From positions 4,549,545 to 4,581,544 of the forward strand of contig NZ_CM001976.1 of assembly GCF_000406145.1 (NCBI RefSeq): 32,000 nucleotides of DNA, written 5' to 3'. The notes under the pieces are model-generated. The model did no database searches. It was not told where the DNA came from and saw nothing but the letters and a program-made list of their open reading frames with translations. This DNA is from Dickeya dadantii NCPPB 898 (GTDB taxonomy: Bacteria; Pseudomonadota; Gammaproteobacteria; Enterobacterales; Enterobacteriaceae). Shown piece after piece: positions 19,549 through 30,347 of the stretch (position 1 is the stretch's first letter; each line of letters starts with the position of its first letter). Made by a program: the position numbers and the translations under genes.

Positions 19549-20516
19549 GGGTATTGATCGTCAAAACGTCTTCTATGGGCGATGTGCTGCACACCCTGCC
19601 CGCACTCACCGATGCGATGCAGGTGATTCACGGCATCCAGTTCGACTGGGTGGTGGAAGAAGGTTTTGCCCAGATCCCCGGATGGCATCCGGCGGTTGAC
19701 CGCGTCATTCCGGTGGCGATTCGCCGCTGGCGCAAAAGCTGGTTCAGCCGTGAAACCCGCGCAGAGCGGGCCGCGTTCAAAAAACAGCTGCGTGAAAAGC
19801 GCTACGATGCGGTCATTGATGCGCAGGGGCTGCTGAAAAGCGCGGTACTGGTGACCCGTCTGGCCCTCGGCAACAAGCACGGACTGGACTGGAAAAGCGC
19901 CCGCGAGCCGCTGGCCAGCTGGTTTTATCAGTATCGGCATCCGATCGGCCGCCAGCAGCACGCGGTAGAACGCATCCGGGAACTGTTTTCCGTCAGCCTG
20001 AACTACCGTAAACCGACGGAACAGGGCGATTACGCGATTGCGGCGCGTTTTCTGGCGGCGCAACCCGCCGACAGCCAGCCGTACCTGGTGTTTCTGCATG
20101 CCACCACAAGGGATGAAAAACACTGGCCTGAGGCACACTGGCGCGAGCTGATCGCGCTGGCCGAACCTCGCGGGCTGCGCATCAAATTACCCTGGGGCGC
20201 GGAGCACGAACACCAGCGGGCGCAGCGGCTGGCAGCCGGTTTTTCCCACGTGGACGTGCTGCCCCGGCTGACGCTGGCACAGGTCGCGGGCGTGCTGGCG
20301 GGCGCGCAAGCCGTGGTTTCGGTGGATACCGGGCTCAGCCACCTCGCCGCCGCGCTCGACCGTCCCAACATCACGCTGTACGGCCCGACCGACCCAGGGT
20401 TGATCGGCGGCTACGGCCAAAATCAGCATGTCTGCCGTCCGGCAGGCAGTCGCAATCTGGCGGATCTCCACGCCGCCGATGTGTGGCAACACTGTGCTTC
20501 TCTATTGACTGAATAA
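19545..20516 (+). CDS. waaC: ADP-heptose--LPS heptosyltransferase I (GT9)
   Basis: From the ATG at 19545, which overlaps the waaF stop (ATGA). The 323-aa protein starts MRVLIVKTSSMGDVLHTLPALTDA, as in WaaC. Confidence 0.9.
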   Translation: MRVLIVKTSSMGDVLHTLPALTDAMQVIHGIQFDWVVEEGFAQIPGWHPAVDRVIPVAIRRWRKSWFSRETRAERAAFKKQLREKRYDAVIDAQGLLKSAVLVTRLALGNKHGLDWKSAREPLASWFYQYRHPIGRQQHAVERIRELFSVSLNYRKPTEQGDYAIAARFLAAQPADSQPYLVFLHATTRDEKHWPEAHWRELIALAEPRGLRIKLPWGAEHEHQRAQRLAAGFSHVDVLPRLTLAQVAGVLAGAQAVVSVDTGLSHLAAALDRPNITLYGPTDPGLIGGYGQNQHVCRPAGSRNLADLHAADVWQHCASLLTE

Positions 20517-20528
20517 GGCGGTTTTACT

Positions 20529-21614
20529 GTGACCTCACCGCGCAAGGTTGAACTCCGGCGAATCCTTATTACCAAATTCCGCCATCATGGCGATGTGCTG
20601 CTGACATCGCCGCTGTTTTCCATTCTGCGCCAGCGTTATCCGGACGCCCAAATCGACGCGCTGGTGTTTGCCGACACGGCGGAAATGCTGTCGCTGCATC
20701 CGGCGATTGACCAGCTTTATACCGTCGACAAAAAATGGAAAAAACTCGGGACGTTCGGTCATCTGGCGAAAGAGTGGGCGCTGCTGAAAACGCTGCGGGC
20801 GCAACGTTATGACGCCATCATTCACCTGACCGAGAGTATGCGCGGTTTATGGATCGCGCGTCTGGCGGGCATCCCACTCGGCGTCACCTTTCGCAACAAC
20901 GCGCGCGATAAACTGTCGTTCTGGAAAAAGACCTTTCAGTATCGTGTACCGCGCGTCTCGCGCCGTCACACGGTGGAATCCCATCTGGATACCCTGCGGA
21001 TACTGGGGATCCAGCCGGAACCGGAAGAACGTCGGTTACAACTCATTGCCGGTGAGGACGCCGATCGAGCGGTAGACCAGAAACTACGCGCCCAACAATG
21101 GCAGGGGCAACCCTTCATCGTGGTGCATCCAACGTCGCGCTGGCTGTTCAAATGCTGGAAGAGCAGCGCTATGGCGGAAGCCATCAACACGCTGTGCGAA
21201 CGCGGCCACACCATTGTGCTCAGCGCTTCGCCGGCGGAAAACGAGATGGCGATGATTGCCGACATCAAGTCGCGGCTGACCCATCCGGTACTGGATCTGG
21301 CCGGCCAACTGACGCTCAAACAGCTGGCGAGCCTGATCGGCAACGCGCAACTGCTGCTGGGCGTGGACTCGGTGCCGATGCATATCGCGTCTGCGATGCA
21401 GACGCCGGTGGTGGCGCTGTTCGGCCCCAGCGGAGAGACAGAGTGGGCGCCGTGGATGACCGTCAATCGGGTAATAGTCTCCGACCGCCATCCCTGCCGC
21501 CCTTGCGGTAAAGACGGCTGCGGCGGCAGCAAGGTCAGCGACTGTCTGCAGCAAATCAGCGTTCAGCAGGTATTGCTGGCGGTTGATTCAGCACTGCTGG
21601 AGGCGCAGGGATGA
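20529..21614 (+). CDS. waaQ: GT9 glycosyltransferase, WaaQ-like (putative LPS heptosyltransferase III)
   Basis: 361 aa with a GTG start. RRILITKFRHHGDVLLTSPLFSILRQRYPDAQID parallels the E. coli WaaQ N-terminus. The C-terminus carries the Cys cluster PCRPCGKDGCGGSKVSDCLQQIS. Confidence 0.7.
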   Translation: MTSPRKVELRRILITKFRHHGDVLLTSPLFSILRQRYPDAQIDALVFADTAEMLSLHPAIDQLYTVDKKWKKLGTFGHLAKEWALLKTLRAQRYDAIIHLTESMRGLWIARLAGIPLGVTFRNNARDKLSFWKKTFQYRVPRVSRRHTVESHLDTLRILGIQPEPEERRLQLIAGEDADRAVDQKLRAQQWQGQPFIVVHPTSRWLFKCWKSSAMAEAINTLCERGHTIVLSASPAENEMAMIADIKSRLTHPVLDLAGQLTLKQLASLIGNAQLLLGVDSVPMHIASAMQTPVVALFGPSGETEWAPWMTVNRVIVSDRHPCRPCGKDGCGGSKVSDCLQQISVQQVLLAVDSALLEAQG

Positions 21615-22729
21615 AACTGGCGATCGTGCGGCAGAAATACCGTCCGGACGGCGGGGCGGAACGCTTCGTTTCCAGAGCGCTCGACGCGCTCAGCAACCAC
21701 CGTTCGCTGGATGTCAGCGTCATCACCCGCAGTTGGGAAGGTGCGGAGCAGGCCAACCGCAACGTTATCATCTGTAACCCGCGCATTACCGGACGGGTTC
21801 AGCGGGAAAGCGCATTCGCGCAGGCCGCTCAGCAACACTTCGCCGCGTTCGATCTGGTGCAGAGTCACGAACGGATCCCGGGCTGCCATATTTACCGCGC
21901 CGGCGACGGCGTTCATCACTCCTGGCTGACCCAACGCTCGCGGATTCTCAACCCGTTGCAGCGACGTCTGCTGTGGTGGTCCGGCTTTCACCGCTATGTG
22001 ATGGCGCAGGAGCAAGCGATGTATCAGCATCCATCGCTGAAAGCCGTGATCTGCAACTCGCAGATGGTGGCGGATGAGATTCGCCACTACTTTGGCGTGC
22101 CTGCCGACAAAATTCATCTGATTTACAACGGGGTGAACACCGACACCTTTACCCCCGACCTGCGCGCAATCCACCGTCACACTTTACGTCAGCAACTGGG
22201 TGTGCCGCACAACGCGCCGGTGATGCTGTTTGTCGGCTCCGGCTTTGAGCGCAAAGGGCTGGCGGGCGCGATCCACGCCATCAGCGGCGTTCCTCAGCAT
22301 CCGCACCTGATGGTGGTGGGGAAAGATAAACACAGCCGTCGTTACCAGCGCCTGGCCCGGCGGCTCGGTGTTGCCGATCGGGTACATTTCGTCGGTATGC
22401 AGCCGGATACCCGGCCTTACTACGGTGCGGCGGATATGCTGTTGCTGCCGACGCTGTACGACCCGTTCCCGAATGTGGTACTGGAAGCGATGGCCAGCGG
22501 ACTGGGGGTGATTACCTCACAACAGTGCGGCGGCAAAGAGTTTATCCAGTCTGGTGTGAACGGGTTTGTCTGCGACTCGCTGGACTATGACGGTCTGCGC
22601 CAGTCGGTGCGACAGGCTTGCGAAACCGGGTTCGACGGGTTTGGCGAGCAGGCGAGAGCCAAAGTGGAGCGCTACGATCTGCGCTTCCTGAGCGATAACA
22701 TGCTCAAACTTTATGAACAGTTGATTTGA
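21611..22729 (+). CDS. GT4 glycosyltransferase, WabG/WaaG-position core glycosyltransferase
   Basis: 372 aa; the start overlaps the upstream stop (ATGA). The N-terminus LAIVRQKYRPDGGAERFVSRALDAL resembles Klebsiella-type WabG (GalA transferase) as I recall it, rather than the E. coli WaaG motif. The GT4 C-terminal E-x7-E region PTLYDPFPNVVLEAMASGLGVI is present. Confidence 0.7.
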   Translation: MKLAIVRQKYRPDGGAERFVSRALDALSNHRSLDVSVITRSWEGAEQANRNVIICNPRITGRVQRESAFAQAAQQHFAAFDLVQSHERIPGCHIYRAGDGVHHSWLTQRSRILNPLQRRLLWWSGFHRYVMAQEQAMYQHPSLKAVICNSQMVADEIRHYFGVPADKIHLIYNGVNTDTFTPDLRAIHRHTLRQQLGVPHNAPVMLFVGSGFERKGLAGAIHAISGVPQHPHLMVVGKDKHSRRYQRLARRLGVADRVHFVGMQPDTRPYYGAADMLLLPTLYDPFPNVVLEAMASGLGVITSQQCGGKEFIQSGVNGFVCDSLDYDGLRQSVRQACETGFDGFGEQARAKVERYDLRFLSDNMLKLYEQLI

Positions 22730-22765
22730 TGCAATACCGGGGGCACTACGCGTTTCGGTAAATAA

Positions 22766-22801
22766 GCCGGGTCACGACCAACATGACGTCCATGACCCGG
22801 C
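22766..22801. terminator. hairpin in the 79-bp gap between convergent waa operons (candidate bidirectional terminator)
   Basis: 9-bp arms gccgggtca / tgacccggc with an 18-nt loop. No strong U tracts are present. Confidence 0.4.
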
Positions 22802-22808
22802 CCTCAAA

Positions 22809-24011
22809 TCAGATAAAGCGCTGGCGATCGTAGCGATACTGGCTGAGCCACAGCGCAAAACAGAGCATGCTAAGATTGGCGTGTTCATGATGGAAAGTGG
22901 TGTTAACCAACCCGACCACCAGCGTGATTACCAACGCCGAGCAGGCCGCTCCCCACGACAGCCAGGAAACCGGTAACGCATTTCTCTTCGGTATATAACG
23001 CACCAGCGTCACGCCCATCGCGCCAAACAGGCTAAAGACCCAAAAGGCGCCCCAGATGCCGTTTTCCGTCAGCACATTGAGATAGACATTGTGTGAATGG
23101 GAAATGTGGCCGATCACATCGCCCGGATTCACAATATCCACTTTCTGGAAGTTTTCCTTGCCGACGCCAAACAGCGGATGCTGTTTGATTTCGGTTAGCG
23201 CCGAGCGCCAGATGATATCGCGATAGCTCAGTACGTTATTGGCCGCCTCATTTTGCTCCTGCTTAACCACCACGCGAGCATTGCTAAGCAAAGCGATACC
23301 GATCAGACCAACGACAAACAGCACCGGCAGATAAATAAGGCGTTTGTTTCTTTTGGAGAACCCCAGACAGAGTATCGCCACAACCGCCATCATCGCCCCA
23401 AAGGTCGCCCGGCTTTCGCCAAACGCCACATACACCAGGGACAATGTCAGCATAGCGATCCACATCAGACGTTTGCCAACGCTCAAGGTCGACCAGTAAC
23501 TGAACAGAACAGTCAACGCCATCCCGCAAATAATGGCGTTATAGATGGCGGCGTGATTCACATGACCGACTGAGTTAAGCGTCCAGTACGTTTCGCTACC
23601 GAGATAAAAGTGTTCCCACGCGCCATAAATCAGGCCGATGAACGTCCCCAGCGAGGCCCAGAACACCAGACCGATTTTCTGCTTTTCGCTGAAACTGGCG
23701 CGATAAATAACCCAGCCGAACAGCATATAGCGGGCTACATCGGTCAGTGAGCGCACCTCGGTGTGATAAGCGGAAAACGGCATACCGACCAGATACGAGA
23801 GTATGTAAAGGGCAAAAAACAGATCCCATCCTGACCACTGGCGCTCTTTTTTATTCATGACCGCCTGAACGATCACCCATAGTAGCAACAGTGCCATGAC
23901 GATGTTTTTGGGCGCTTCGGCCAGCGGGTTAACAAAAATAGCCAGCGCACTGAGAAAATACAGGCCGCGATTATCGGTACGTCGGGTGTTAAACGATAAC
24001 TGAGTAGTCAT
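22809..24011 (-). CDS. waaL: O-antigen ligase (WaaL family)
   Basis: 400-aa polytopic membrane protein with the Wzy_C-type motif HSHNVYLNVLTENGIWG (H-x-H-N-x9-G-x-x-G). It sits within the waa cluster and looks visibly less GC-rich than its neighbours. Confidence 0.8.
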   Translation of the reverse strand: MTTQLSFNTRRTDNRGLYFLSALAIFVNPLAEAPKNIVMALLLLWVIVQAVMNKKERQWSGWDLFFALYILSYLVGMPFSAYHTEVRSLTDVARYMLFGWVIYRASFSEKQKIGLVFWASLGTFIGLIYGAWEHFYLGSETYWTLNSVGHVNHAAIYNAIICGMALTVLFSYWSTLSVGKRLMWIAMLTLSLVYVAFGESRATFGAMMAVVAILCLGFSKRNKRLIYLPVLFVVGLIGIALLSNARVVVKQEQNEAANNVLSYRDIIWRSALTEIKQHPLFGVGKENFQKVDIVNPGDVIGHISHSHNVYLNVLTENGIWGAFWVFSLFGAMGVTLVRYIPKRNALPVSWLSWGAACSALVITLVVGLVNTTFHHEHANLSMLCFALWLSQYRYDRQRFI

Positions 24012-25117
24012 TAAATCTTTCTCAACAAATGGGTAAAAGCGGTTTGAATCTCAGGAAGGGAAATCTGTTGCATACACGCCGACTGCCCGTCGCAGAACTG
24101 CAGGCAGCGCGTTTCATTCCGATTGCACCGTTCAAGCCAGGACAGTTCACGGCCGAACAGCGTGTGCTGGTCGCGACAAGGGATCGGGTGGAAACCGAGG
24201 TTGATAATCGGGTTATTCTGCCAGAAGCGGCCGGGGCCAAACGCGACCGGATTACCCGGACCATATAGCGTCATGGTCGGGGTATTGACCCATTTCGCCA
24301 GATGCGCCACGCCGGTATCGGCGCAGATCAGCGCTTTCGAATCCGCCAGCAGCGTCAGCAATTGCGACAAAGACAATTCGCCGGCAAAACTGCGATAACG
24401 CCGCTCCGGGTCAATCGCGTCAACGATATGCCGTTCATTGCCGCCAGCGCTCCATACCGGAGTGTACCCTTGCGTCGTCAACCAGTCCGCCAGCGCCAGC
24501 CAGCGCTCAGGCGGCCAGAAACGCACTGGATTGCTGGCGCCGACATGCAGTACGACAAAGGGCGATTGCGGCGGGGGAAAATCGCACGCCGGCGCAGACC
24601 AGCGCTGAGGCGCGGGCAACTCACCGTCCGTCAGGGCGGCCATCGCGTCGCCCCACGCCATCGGTTCGACCGGATAGTCCCGGTATTCATTGACCGGCCA
24701 GCTCTTGGCATTGCGCAGCGCAGGTCGGTGCGCCACGATCCAACGGCTGCCCGCCGCCAGCGCCAGCCAGCTATAGCGGTTATCGCCCGGAATCAACGCC
24801 AGATCATAGGGCCCGCTGTTGACAATCGCCGATACCGACGCCACCGAAGCGGGCTGATAAGACATCGGTACTACGCCATAGGGATTCAGGCGATAAACCT
24901 CGACAAACGGCGGCTTGCACAGCAGTACGATTTCCGCCCGCGGGTAATTACGCCGCAGCTTGGCTAGCAACGGCGTCAGCATCACGGTATCGCCCAGCAA
25001 CAGATTGTGGGCGACCAGAATGCGTTTCACCGCCGTCGGCGCACGGCGCCAGGGCTTTTTCAGCAATTGCAGCAGACCGCGCGGAAAAATCCGCAACCGG
25101 GCGGAAAATTTACTCAT
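24011..25117 (-). CDS. GT9 glycosyltransferase (second WaaQ-like putative heptosyltransferase)
   Basis: 368 aa with the GT9 N-motif ILVAHNLLLGDTVMLTPLLAKLR and the C-terminal GVAHLAKWVNTPTMTLYGP. Its start overlaps the upstream GT4 stop by 4 nt, and its stop overlaps the waaL ATG (TAATG). Confidence 0.75.
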   Translation of the reverse strand: MSKFSARLRIFPRGLLQLLKKPWRRAPTAVKRILVAHNLLLGDTVMLTPLLAKLRRNYPRAEIVLLCKPPFVEVYRLNPYGVVPMSYQPASVASVSAIVNSGPYDLALIPGDNRYSWLALAAGSRWIVAHRPALRNAKSWPVNEYRDYPVEPMAWGDAMAALTDGELPAPQRWSAPACDFPPPQSPFVVLHVGASNPVRFWPPERWLALADWLTTQGYTPVWSAGGNERHIVDAIDPERRYRSFAGELSLSQLLTLLADSKALICADTGVAHLAKWVNTPTMTLYGPGNPVAFGPGRFWQNNPIINLGFHPIPCRDQHTLFGRELSWLERCNRNETRCLQFCDGQSACMQQISLPEIQTAFTHLLRKI

Positions 25118-26238
25118 GAACGAGTCGACCGCAGGCTGTTCCGGAAAATGGTGGTCATTCTGTCGAGCATGATATCCGCGCCAAACTGCTCGGATGCACG
25201 CTTGAGCGCCGCTTCGCCAAACCGGGCGCGCAACGCATCATCACCCATCAGTTGGCGCAATTTCTGTTCCAGCAACGCGGTGTTTTTAGGCGTGATCAGA
25301 TAGCCGGTCTGTTCATTGACCACAGCTTCGTCAATTGCGCCCACGGTAGTTGACACCACCGGCAAGCCACAGGCCATCGCCTGCATGATGCTTTGCGGTA
25401 CGCCTTCGTTGCCGTAGGAGGGCAGCACAAACAGATCCATGCTGTTCAGGCAGTCCGGCACATCGTCACGGTTGCCCAGAAAAATCACCCGATCGGCCAG
25501 ACCCATCGACGCTACCTGCTGTTCCAGCGCCTGACGCTGCGGCCCGTCACCCACCATCAGCAACTGCCAGTCCGGAAAATCCTTCGCCAGCGTCTGCCAG
25601 GCCTCCAGCAAATAGGTGTGCCCTTTCCAGGAACGCATGGTAGCCAGAATACCCAGCGTCGGCCGATCCGGAACGCCGATGGTCTGACGGGCACCCTGCC
25701 GGGCAGCCTGACGATAAAAATTGAGGTCGATACCGGTCGGCACCGAGGTCATATGCGACAGCGGATAGCGGTTGTCGCGATGCAACTGCTGACGCAGCCG
25801 CTCGCCGGTGGTGGCGATGTGGCGGGTGGCAGTCATGTACAGCCAGCGGGTAGTCAGCGAGCGGTTGATGTCGGTGGAAACATGGCGGGTGCGCACCATC
25901 GGCGGCACACGTTTTCCCAGCATCAGCCCGGCGACGGCGACCAGCCAGGCATCGGTGGAGCTGTGCGTATTGATGATATCGAACGCGCAGCCATGCTGAC
26001 GCAGCCAACCGACCAGCGCCAGCAGAGACGACAACCGTTTTTTCTCGATCGGCAGCCCGACCACGGCAATGCCCCGCGCCTGCGCTTCACGATAAATATT
26101 GGAGTGCGGACAACACAGAATGGTGACCTTATGGCCACGCTTCATCATTCCCTGAGACTCCGTAAGAATACGAATTTCCTGCCCGCCCCAACCACAAGAG
26201 GACTCGGTATGTAATATATTTAAAGATGTGTCTAACAT
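25114..26238 (-). CDS. GT4 glycosyltransferase (LPS outer-core transferase, WabH-like position)
   Basis: 374 aa. The N-terminus is ILHTESSCGWGGQEIRILTE, and the GT4 C-terminal motif is LPSYGNEGVPQSIMQAMACGLPVV. It is the first gene of the minus-strand waa operon. Confidence 0.75.
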   Translation of the reverse strand: MLDTSLNILHTESSCGWGGQEIRILTESQGMMKRGHKVTILCCPHSNIYREAQARGIAVVGLPIEKKRLSSLLALVGWLRQHGCAFDIINTHSSTDAWLVAVAGLMLGKRVPPMVRTRHVSTDINRSLTTRWLYMTATRHIATTGERLRQQLHRDNRYPLSHMTSVPTGIDLNFYRQAARQGARQTIGVPDRPTLGILATMRSWKGHTYLLEAWQTLAKDFPDWQLLMVGDGPQRQALEQQVASMGLADRVIFLGNRDDVPDCLNSMDLFVLPSYGNEGVPQSIMQAMACGLPVVSTTVGAIDEAVVNEQTGYLITPKNTALLEQKLRQLMGDDALRARFGEAALKRASEQFGADIMLDRMTTIFRNSLRSTRS

Positions 26239-26781
26239 CTTTTTATACCTATATCAGATAAGCCTTAAATCATAAACCGCCTATAATACATGAAGGCCAG
26301 CGAAGAATCCTGTCTAAAATGCGTTCGTCATACGTTCAAGAGAGGATTGATTTACCTTCGGTATCGTAAAACGGAATGTCGCCAGGCTGTTCAACTTTCT
26401 GCCATTTTCCGGCAGCGCCACCGCCTTATCCTCACGGCATAATACACATTTTGAAATAAACCACCACATCGTTAAATACTATTTGATAATTCACTTCATG
26501 AACTGATAAATATATTTCCCGCACGGGTTAAAAACAGGGTAAATATTTATTTATCTTGTCCTTTTATTTTAATTATTACGCCTCTTTTTTATCTGGACGG
26601 TGTTTCCTGCGACGAATAATCCTGTTTGCCATCAATCATTAATCCAACGTGCAACGATGCAATTTCCAGCGCTAATTCCCTGTTTCTCCGGTAGAAAAGA
26701 GAACACCAGCCGTATCCGGTTAAAATGATAGATTTAGCCGCTATAAATATATAGAATTCGCTATCGCCGACTATAATACCG
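26239..26781. promoter_or_regulatory. AT-rich 543-bp divergent control region between the GT4-GT9-waaL operon and waaA-waaE-coaD
   Basis: This is the longest non-coding stretch in the window and is markedly AT-rich (runs such as aaatatttatttatcttgtccttttattttaattatt). It contains several -10-like hexamers, including TATAAA at 26742-26747 and TATAAT at 26772-26777. The position is equivalent to the waaQ/waaA divergent promoter region of E. coli. Confidence 0.5.
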
Positions 26782-26787
26782 ATGATT

Positions 26788-28064
26788 ATGTTACAAACGC
26801 TGTACACCTTTCTGTTTTACATGATTCAGCCGCTTATCTGGCTGCGCCTCTGGCTCCGGGGCCGCAAAATCCCCGCTTACCGCAAACGCTGGGGGGAACG
26901 CTACGGCTTCTACAAGAATCAGGTAAAACCCGAAGGCATACTGCTGCATTCCGTCTCCGTCGGAGAGACGCTGGCCGCGGTGCCGCTGGTCCGCGCCTTG
27001 CGCCATCGCTATCCGTCCCTGCCGATTACCGTCACCACCATGACGCCGACCGGCTCCGAGCGCGCGTTATCTGCCTTCGGTAAAGACGTCTATCATGTCT
27101 ACCTGCCCTACGATCTGCCCGGCGCCATGGCGCGCTTTCTTGATCATGTGCAGCCGCGATTGGTGATCATTATGGAAACCGAGCTGTGGCCTAACCTGAT
27201 CACCGCGCTGCACCAGCGCAAAATCCCGCTGATCATCGCCAACGCCCGTCTGTCCGAACGTTCCGCCAACGGCTACCGCAAACTCGGCCGCTTTATGCGT
27301 ACGCTGCTGCGTCGCATCACCCTCATCGCGGTGCAAAATGCGGAAGACGGCGAACGCTTTATCAATCTGGGGCTAAAACGCAGCCAGTTGAACGTGACCG
27401 GCAGCCTGAAATTTGATATTTCCGTCACGCCGGAGCTGGCCGCGCGCGCCGTAACGCTGCGTCGTCAGTGGGCGCCGCAGCGCCCGGTGTGGATCGCCGC
27501 CAGTACCCATGAGGGCGAAGAAAAGATCGTTGTCGACGCCCACACCGAATTGCTGAAAACCTTTCCTACGCTGTTGCTGATTCTGGTGCCACGTCATCCC
27601 GACCGTTTTGACGACGCCAAAGCGATCGTCCGCAAGGCCGGGCTGGAATACACCCTGCGCAGCGCGGGCACCGTTCCTCCCGCCTCGTCTCATGTGGTGA
27701 TTGGCGATACCATGGGTGAACTGATGCTGCTGTACGGCATTGCCGACCTGGCGTTTGTCGGCGGTAGCCTGATTGAACGAGGCGGACATAATCCGCTGGA
27801 ACCGGCCGCGCACGCCATACCGGTGCTGATGGGGCCGCATACCTTCAACTTCAAGGATATCTGCGCCCGCCTGCAAGAGTCCGATGGGCTGATCACCGTG
27901 CGGGATACCGCGTCGCTGGTGGAACAGGCCACCACTCTGCTGTCTGACGATGATTATCGCCGTTATCACGGCCACCATGCCGTAGACGTACTGCACAAAA
28001 ATCAGGGCGCGCTGCAAAGTTTGCTGGCTCTGCTGGAGCCCTATCTGCCGCCACGGAGTCAGTA

Positions 28065-28065
<1 letters not shown>
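26788..28065 (+). CDS. waaA: 3-deoxy-D-manno-octulosonic acid (Kdo) transferase
   Basis: 425 aa from the ATG at 26788 (an alternative in-frame ATG is at 26782). [42 protein letters not shown] is collinear with E. coli WaaA. Confidence 0.93.
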
Positions 28066-29325
<1,260 letters not shown>

Positions 29326-29366
29326 CCCCCCACAGGGATCATGTTCTTATCTTCCCGCGATAACCA

Positions 29367-30347
29367 TCATCTGGCATACAGGAACATCAAGGCGGTGAAA
29401 CGCATTGCGTACCACCATGACCTAAAATTGCCACAGCGTCGAAACAGCGCCCGATGAAGGCGGTCGTCGAACACACGACGCGCCAGTTCACGTCTCATCG
29501 GAGGGTGGGAAATTTTCTTTCTGAGTAATCCGAACAGATTGCGGCTCTCGGATTTCGCGTGACGCAGTAACGCTTCGCTCAGCGAGGGATTCACACATTG
29601 CCTGTCAGCCATACCCACCAGCCAGCTAACCACATAGACATAGCTCTGCGCCCTGAACACCAGTTTGTCCATTGACTGGGACTGAGTGACAGAGTTCAAA
29701 TTCCGGCGATAGCCATAGCAACGGGAGTCACAAAATCCCATCCGTTTCGCAGAGAGAGCAACCTCGGTTGTCCACACAATGTCTTCATGGGTTATGCCTT
29801 TTACAAAACGCAGCCTATTGGCATCAATCACCGATTTTCTAATCAGCTGCAACCAGGAAAAATGCGGCCATTCATGATTATTGACACAATGAATAATCCA
29901 CTCCTCGCCGCTAATAACCTGCCCCCAAGGTTGCTTACGCAGCAACCGGTTGTCAGCCTCCTGGTGTGGATCCTGCTTGAAACCGAAGGCATTACCGATC
30001 AGCACATCAACCTGTTGCTCTCGGGCCTGCGCCAGCCAGACTGACAGCAGATCGTCAGGGATCCAGTCATCCGCATCCACAAATCCGATCCACTCGCCAC
30101 GGGCGCGATCCATACCGGTATTGCGCGCAGCAGAGGATCCCTGATTAGGTTGTTCGAGCAGAATCACCCTCGGATCGGCGCTGGCGATCGTCTGCAATAA
30201 CGCCAGGCTGTTGTCCGTCGAGCCGTCATTCACCACAATCACTTCTATCGCCAGCGTATTCTGACTCAACAGCGATGCAAACAGCCCCGGAATATAGTCT
30301 TCACAGTTATAAACAGGAATAATGATACTCAGGTCCACCTGACCCAT
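29367..30347 (-). CDS. GT2 glycosyltransferase (unknown acceptor)
   Basis: From the ATG at 30347 (AAGGA upstream), 326 aa. It has LSIIIPVYNCEDYIPGLFASLLSQ..., VVNDGSTDNS and FVDADDW (DXD). The longer ORF from 30392 is possible. The gene is visibly less GC-rich than its flanks. Confidence 0.75.
   Translation of the reverse strand: MGQVDLSIIIPVYNCEDYIPGLFASLLSQNTLAIEVIVVNDGSTDNSLALLQTIASADPRVILLEQPNQGSSAARNTGMDRARGEWIGFVDADDWIPDDLLSVWLAQAREQQVDVLIGNAFGFKQDPHQEADNRLLRKQPWGQVISGEEWIIHCVNNHEWPHFSWLQLIRKSVIDANRLRFVKGITHEDIVWTTEVALSAKRMGFCDSRCYGYRRNLNSVTQSQSMDKLVFRAQSYVYVVSWLVGMADRQCVNPSLSEALLRHAKSESRNLFGLLRKKISHPPMRRELARRVFDDRLHRALFRRCGNFRSWWYAMRFTALMFLYAR

Noticed and set aside
26589-26807. 72-aa minus-strand ORF in the AT-rich waa control region, overlapping the waaA start
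   Set aside because: It has no SD sequence and an Ile/Phe/Tyr-rich composition driven by AT richness, and it overlaps the waaA initiation region. A 51-codon + strand ORF at 26290-26445 also lacks any RBS. I treat both as non-coding.
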